Assembly (NCBI GenBank): GCA_951406725.2 | Contig: OX597828.1 | Span: 55,056,001-55,120,000, forward strand | DNA: 64,000 bases | DNA from: Octopus vulgaris | Taxonomy: Eukaryota | Reading direction: 5' to 3' | Shown: in pieces, positions 57,770-64,000 of the stretch | Layout of the letters: each line of letters opens with the position of its first letter | Numbering within the stretch: position 1 is the first letter of the stretch | Program-made: the position numbers and the translations under genes | The notes under the pieces: model-generated | Databases searched by the model: none | Seen by the model: only the letters and a program-made list of their open reading frames with translations | Told to the model about the DNA's origin: nothing

Positions 57770-58181
57770 CTGTGGCTGTGTGGTAAGTAGCTTGCTTACC
57801 AACCACATGGGTCCGGGTTCAGTTCCACTGCGCGGCACCTTGAGCAAGTGTTTTCTACTATAAACTGGGGTCGACCAAAGCCTTGTGAGTGGATTTGGTA
57901 GACAGAAACTGAAAGAAGCCCGTCGTATATATGTATATATATGTTTATGTATGTATGTGTGTGTATATGTTTGTGTGTCTGTGTTTGTCCCCCCAACATC
58001 GCTTGACAACCGATGCTGGTGTGTTTAAGTCCCCGTAACTTAGCGGTTCGGCAAAAAGAGAACGATAGAATAAGTACGAGGCTTACAAAGAATAAGTCCT
58101 GGGGTCGATTTGCTCGACTAAAGGCGGTGCTCCAGCATGGCCACAGTCAAATGACTGAAACAAGTAAAAGAGTAAAAGAGT
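57770..58181 (+). mobile_element. Abundant SINE with internal (TA/TG)n and CR1-like tail
   Basis: Family also at 20833-21250 (+), 41777-42205 (-), 48610-49218 (-, interrupted), 49825-50212 (-), with fragments at 30900, 33335, 34348, 54222 and 54710. Confidence 0.9.
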
Positions 58182-58214
58182 AGATGTAATTTTTGACGCT
58201 GAATTCGAATTTGT

Positions 58215-58402
58215 TACTCTTTACTCTTTTACTCTTTTACTTGTTTCAGTCATTTGACTGCGGCCATGCTGGAGTACCGCCTTTAGTCGAGCAAATCGAC
58301 CCCGGGACTTATTCTTTTGCCGAACCGCTAAGTGACGAGGACGTAAACACACCAGCATCGGTTGTCAAGCAATGCTAGGGGGACAAACACAGACTCACAA
58401 AC

Positions 58403-58437
<35 letters not shown>

Positions 58438-58608
58438 CATATATACGACGGGCTTCTTTCAGTTTCCGTCTACCAAATCCACTCACAAGGCATTGGTCGG
58501 CCCGGGGCTATAGCAGAAGACACCTGCCAAAGATGCCACGCAGTGGGACTGAACCCGGAACCATGTGGTTGGTTAGCAAGCTACTTACCACACAGCCACT
58601 CCTGCGCC
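58215..58608 (-). mobile_element. Same SINE family, inverted tail-to-tail with the 57770 copy
   Basis: Reverse complement of 57770-58181 with one internal deletion. Confidence 0.9.
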
Positions 58609-58685
58609 TGTTATTCATTTATTCCAGAAAAATTTTTGCAAAAAATATTACAGGTGTTCAAAGTTTGATAGTTTTCAGAATTTTG

Positions 58686-58695
58686 AGCCAATCAG
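58686..58695 (+). promoter_or_regulatory. NF-Y type CCAAT box (agccaatcag)
   Basis: Consensus match in unique sequence ~3.3 kb upstream of the first secure follistatin exon; a second gccaatcag lies at 59881-59889. Confidence 0.3.
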
Positions 58696-58749
58696 AAAAC
58701 AGCGCGTTCGCTGTCTTTTCCATCATCGGAGGAGGAGGAGGGGATCGGT

Positions 58750-58810
58750 ATGTCAAAACCTTTTACTAGAAATAAAACTTATGCTATCAAAATTATAATA
58801 TCAATTAAAG
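58750..58810 (+). CDS. Candidate first coding exon of follistatin (tentative)
   Basis: ATG at 58750 opens MSKPFTRNKTYAIKIIISIK+G and ends at a strong phase-1 donor AAG|GTAAGT, in frame with exon 61999. A CCAAT box lies ~60 bp upstream. The peptide is only a weak signal sequence. Confidence 0.3.
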
Positions 58811-58974
58811 GTAAGTAAGCACATTACACTAAATATGTAATTGCTTAGGAAAACAGGCAGGTAGACAGACAGGCGGACAGACGAGCAGATAGACAGACGT
58901 ACATCTTGTTTATTGACATTTACTCGAAACTGTTAGCCGTGTTTGTTTAGCTGGCATCACTGCTACTACTACTG

Positions 58975-59036
<62 letters not shown>

Positions 59037-59161
59037 GGATTACAAAAGTTTTACACTTCGAAACAGAATTGGAAATCCACTTCGGCCTTGGCGACAGAGG
59101 CAGCAGCAGCACCAACATTAGTTGTAGTAGTAGTTGTGGTAGTAGTAGTAGTAATAGTAGC

Positions 59162-59195
<34 letters not shown>

Positions 59196-61475
59196 TTGGT
59201 GGTGATAGTGGTGGTCGTGGTGGTCGTGGTCGTAGTCGTGATGACAGCGGTGGCGGCGGTGAATACAAATATCAATATCACCAAAATAACGTCATCTCAC
59301 TAATGTTTATATATTTACCTCCCTTTTTACATAAGTCAATCAAAGTAACCTCCCTTGCATCATGTCTTTCACATTTTAGCTTGCTTTTTTCTGCATTACT
59401 TTTTTTTTTGAGTGGGTGTACGAGATAGATGTGTTTCTTTATTAGCCACACAGACAGGACAAATTACAAGGTAGAGCTTTTCTTTTGGGGGTAAAAAAAA
59501 TGGGTTTGGTTTTCGATCAAAAGGGATCGTAAAAGGAAAGAAAGAGGACAAAAAAAAAAGGGGGGGGGGGATAAAATAAAAAAAAAAAAAGGAAAGGAAA
59601 AAAAAAGGGGAAAGGAAAAAATTGAGAGATAGATAGATAGATAGATAGAGAAAGAGAAGACAATTTTTACTGGTTTCTTGATCGGGAAAATAAAGTTTAA
59701 TCGGTTAAGTGAAATGCCAACCCAAAAAAGTAGTGAATTAAGTGCTTATTATTTGCATTTTTTGTTTTGTTTTAAGTTTCTCATGTTGTAGTTTAATGTT
59801 CCAAACACCTTCCAAATCACACATGGTTGTCTTAAAAATCAGGCGTGGACACCTTTGATCAAGGAGGATATATAATGAGCGCCAATCAGGGGCAAAGCAA
59901 CCACCACAACATCAATAACTCAGCCGACTGACATACAGGTTATTCAATGCTTCAACCGTAGAATACGATTCAATGACGGTGTCCAGATTTGAACTGTTGT
60001 CACCTAAAAGAACCTCCTAAAAACTCCTTCTGATTCAGTAATCTGTGATTGTTTTTGCACAGTATTAAGATTATCAAATCACTGAATCCACTTATATATT
60101 ATCTTCAACGCCGGAACACAAAATCTGTGAATCACACCTTATAATACAGTTGACGCCTCACGTGTCTTATTGAGCAGTTCCCTCGGATAACTACAACAAA
60201 CAACAAATCTAATTGGCTTAGATTTAAAGTTATTTGTGCATCACTACAATATGGCGGATGAATAAACAACTATACCGAGTTACAACCATACAAGTTAGCC
60301 TCGTACTAATGTTAGGCAGACCTTTACGGTTGTTTGGGCTAACGATTGAACTGTTCGCTTTCATTGATAAATATTCGCTCCCTTTATGTTTTGGTATCTT
60401 AATAAAGTGAATGAATCCTAACGAATTGCTAAATGGCAATAAAACAGTTCAGTTTAATCTCTATTTCAAGCCTTCAAAACGACCATCGAACTTCGAATTT
60501 CACCACGAAACTAAAAAAAAATTATGGTTGCGAATCTTTATTTTCACTGATTCATTAGAGTTCAGGCAGCAAGTCATTCTTCACTATAAATGTAGCAAAA
60601 CAATTCAGTCCCGTTACTGGCAGGAGTACTCTAAAACTGACGAACGTTTCGTTATATTTTCGAGCCGAGTTCAATTCTTCTGAACGTGGGTCAGGTAACT
60701 GGGTAAAGCACCGTTCCTGTTCTTTGTTTTTTACAATCTTGAATCATTACGCGAACACTCGGCCTGCATCAGTGCTCCAGTTATAGAAGAGATGCTACAA
60801 AATTACTGTTACTATTATACGAAGTTTAAGTCCTGGAGTGTCTCTGGTCGAGAAGTTCATTTTGCAACGGCGAATATTTAGTTTGACCGCACAGCCAGTA
60901 CTTTGGACAAGCATCTCTTAACATAGCTTCTTCCAAAGCTTATGTTCAAGTTGATAAATTTAATTTGTCCTCTGCCTCAGCATCTTCATTTAGTCTTTGG
61001 CCACCATTAGCAGAATCTATCATCCCTTCCTCCCATCAGCCCCAGGGTTGTGAGAGCTGTTCTTCTTCCTCTGGCTTACCCATAAAATAATGCTTCTGTT
61101 AGCGGGAGTTGTTTGGGTGCTTATCTACAGACCGACAGAATCACATCTTTTTGCTACTTTGCCCTAAATGAAGTAGATATCCTAATGCAGTAGATATACG
61201 ATCAATCATTCCAACCATGACGCCCTTTTCTTTTTAGAGGCATAGAAGACTGCGTTATCACATACGCGCGTTCCTTACTTAAAACACTAGGGAATAATTT
61301 TGAGGTAGGTTTGGCTACCATCTCTTGCTAATCAAACAACTATGTAGAGCTTCTTTTCCTTATATCTCTGGTTAACTCCTCACCCAATATCCTAACCATG
61401 AGAGTAAAATTCATTCTTTCAACGTACCTTAAATCTCAAAAACAGTGTATTTACGTACCATGGTAATATGCTACT

Positions 61476-61865
61476 GTGGAGGCGCAATGGCCCAGTGGTT
61501 AGGGCAGCGGACTCGCGGTCATAGGATCGTGGTTTCGATTCCCAGACCGGGCGTTGTGAGTGTTTATTGAGCGAAAACACCTAAAGCTCCACGAGGCTCC
61601 GGCAGGGGATGGTGGTTATCCCTGCTGTACTCTTTCACCACAACTTTCTCTCACTCTTACTTCCTGTTTCTGTTGTACCTGTATTTCAAAAGGCCGGCCT
61701 TGTCACTCTCTGTGTCACGCTGAATATCCCCGAGAACTATGTTAAGGGTGCACGTGTCTGTGGAGTGCTCAGCCACTTACACGTTAATTTCACGAGCAGG
61801 CTGTTCCGTTGATTCGGATCAACCAGAACCCTCGTCGTCGTAACCGACGGAGTGCTTCCTCTCCT
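61476..61865 (+). mobile_element. tRNA-derived SINE just upstream of follistatin exon 61999 (third tail variant)
   Basis: 12-bp TSD taatatgctact; head shared with the 255 and 62474 copies. Confidence 0.9.
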
Positions 61866-61998
61866 TAATATGCTACTATTGTAGAATATGCAACTTCGTT
61901 AATATTCGTTTATTTATTAGGTTGTGAGTCTATTTCTCTGCCTCCATGTTTGTTTGCAGTCGATAATTGATTTTGTTTTGTTTGGTTTTAAATTTTAG

Positions 61999-62196
61999 GT
62001 GGAATATGTTGGTTACATCGAATTCGTGATGTATGTACGATAACTTACGAAATGAATATGACGAAGGATGAATGCTGCCAACTCCAGCTAGCCTATAACC
62101 CTTTCACCTACTGGACACCCGAGAACCTCGCCTTCAGCGATATCGTACGCTACCACGCGCTTCATGGTGGGATATCAAACTGCAATAGTTGCCGCA
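61999..62196 (+). CDS. FST: Follistatin coding exon, N-terminal (TB-like) domain
   Basis: Acceptor ttttag at 61993-61998 and donor gtaagt at 62197; 198 nt, phase 1/1. Translates GICWLHRIRDVCTITYEMNMTKDECCQLQLAYNPFTYWTPENLAFSDIVRYHALHGGISNCNSCR, matching the follistatin pattern GxCW..C..KxECC..WT..GGxxNCxxC (6 Cys). Absent from the ORF track. Confidence 0.93.
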
Positions 62197-62473
62197 GTAA
62201 GTAACATTCCGTTTCGCTTCTTCATTCAGCTTTATTAACATTTTTTTAACATTTACATAAATTTAACAATTGTATTGGCTAAATGGATCAATTAATCTAT
62301 AACAAGCTCCGTAGATTAAATACAGACTGGGGGGGGGGGGACAAACACAGACACACAAACATATACACACACGTACATATACACATATATATGACGTGCG
62401 TCTTTTAGTTTCCGTCTACCAAATGAAGTGTTTTACTCAAGAACACAATATGCTGCTCGGTTCGGGAATCAAA

Positions 62474-62797
62474 GTGGAGGCGCAAGGCCCAGTGGTTATG
62501 GCAGCGGACTCGCGGTCGGAGGATCATGATTTCGATTCCCAGACCGGGCGTTGTGTGTATTTATTGAGCGAAAACACCTAAAAGCTCCACGAAGCTCCGG
62601 CAGGGGGTGGTGGCGGATCCCCCCACCCCGCCGTACTCTTTCGCCACAGCATTCTTTCACTCTTTCTTCCTGTTTCTTGAGTAACGCTGCAATGGACTGG
62701 CGTCCCGTCCAGCTGGGGGGAACACATACGCCACAGAAACCAGGAAACCGGGCCCATGAGCCTGGCTAGGCTTGAAAAGGGCAACGTTTATCGTTTA
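62474..62797 (+). mobile_element. tRNA-derived SINE in follistatin intron
   Basis: 12-bp TSD tcgggaatcaaa. Confidence 0.9.
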
Positions 62798-63079
62798 TCG
62801 GGAATCAAAACGATGATCTGCCGATCTGAAAAGAAAGGTGACTTGAAAACGTCAAATTTAGCTTGAGCATCCTGTATACACCAATCGAGGAACCTGAAAT
62901 GAAATGGTTTTCTCAAGAATACCTACCATACACGCTCGCTCAGGAACTGAACACATGATCTGGCGATCTGAAAAAATTATAAAAACTCGTCAAATTTAAC
63001 CCGAACACTCTGTATACACCTATCGAATCCCTTGATCGATTTCATGTAATTGTTATGTAATATCTATTTCACATTTCAG

Positions 63080-63307
63080 CAAACTGTGAAAACGTTAACT
63101 GCGGAGCAAACAAAGTCTGTCGCATGCGAGGAGGGCAACCACGCTGCATTTGCGCCCCGAATTGTACACTGCCATCCCGCTTCCAGAACTATCGTGGTAA
63201 ACTATGTGGCTCTGACGGCAAAGAATATCGGAACCATTGCAGTCTACTGAAATATAACTGTCGACATAGAAAGTCCGTCAGCATTGCTTACTTGGGAGCG
63301 TGTCGCA
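63080..63307 (+). CDS. FST: Follistatin coding exon, FS domain 1 (FOLN + Kazal)
   Basis: Acceptor tttcag ending 63079 and donor gtgagt at 63308; 228 nt, phase 1/1, in frame with the previous exon. Translates (T)NCENVNCGANKVCRMRGGQPRCICAPNCTLPSRFQNYRGKLCGSDGKEYRNHCSLLKYNCRHRKSVSIAYLGACR; 10 Cys, CGSDGKxYxNxC Kazal motif. The gene continues beyond the window. Confidence 0.95.
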
Positions 63308-63350
63308 GTGAGTTTTCTTTACCATCTTGTTTGGTTTTCGTTTGTAGATA

Positions 63351-63474
<124 letters not shown>

Positions 63475-64000
63475 TCTTTTCCTCTTCATGGGCAGCTCGA
63501 TTAATTAATTTTCTTTAACTAAACACTTTGCATACTGTCAACATATTAAACACTACACAAACACTCTTATCCATCTAATACTGCATTGTATCTTTCAGGT
63601 TTTCTGTATCGCTTTTCTTGAGTTATCTCTTTCATTGTCCCCGAACATTTTGTAATCATACAACATCCACAGAGAACCTTGACACCACAGACCTAATCTG
63701 CATGGGTTCCTTGAAAGAAGATCTTCAGATCGTCTTCCAGGAAGACCATGCCAACCTTATCTCTTAACATCAAAAAGTAACTCACGAACTACTCATAACA
63801 AGAAAACATTACTACACCTCCCATCAGACATGGGTATCTCTCCTTCTCTCTCTTTCTCTTTCTTTCTCACTCACTCATGCGCAGACATACACACACAAAG
63901 CGACACACAGACACACTCAACTTTCATAACACACACACATACACACACAGACACACACACACACACGCACACACAAACACACATACACACACACACATAC

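Noticed and set aside
59303-59428. Hydrophobic FSLLFSALLFFLSG as the signal-peptide exon
   Set aside because: It derives from a T-rich tract and the only phase-1 GT (gtacga) is a poor donor.
60258-60410. MNKQLYRVTTIQVSLVLMLG ORF as exon 1
   Set aside because: There is no good phase-1 donor after the hydrophobic stretch.
63590-63621. Acceptor-like tctttcag as the next follistatin exon
   Set aside because: The phase-1 frame stops within about 7 codons and has no FS-domain cysteines.

Overview
AT-rich, microsatellite-saturated animal DNA. The SINE/LINE repertoire looks like octopus (inferred from recalled repeat families, not verified). The only host protein-coding sequence I can support is the 5' part of a follistatin gene on the + strand near the end of the window: an N-terminal TB-like domain exon at 61999-62196 and an FS domain 1 exon at 63080-63307, both symmetric phase 1. 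The signal-peptide exon is not securely located. The other ~60 kb is upstream or intronic. It holds tRNA-derived SINEs (several with TSDs), R4/Dong-type retrotransposons sitting in (TAA)n, RTE, CR1 and Tx1-like remnants, Tc1/mariner and hAT relics, and a Penelope-like RT remnant. Nearly all ORFs in the supplied track are microsatellite translations. The most notable non-obvious signal is a set of minimal type I hammerhead ribozyme motifs in short microsatellite-embedded elements. These include an apparently intact ribozyme at 35120-35214 and a tRNA-headed SINE-like element carrying a hammerhead tail at 3070-3572. They occur together with many fold-back palindromes, some of which turn at hammerhead-like cores.
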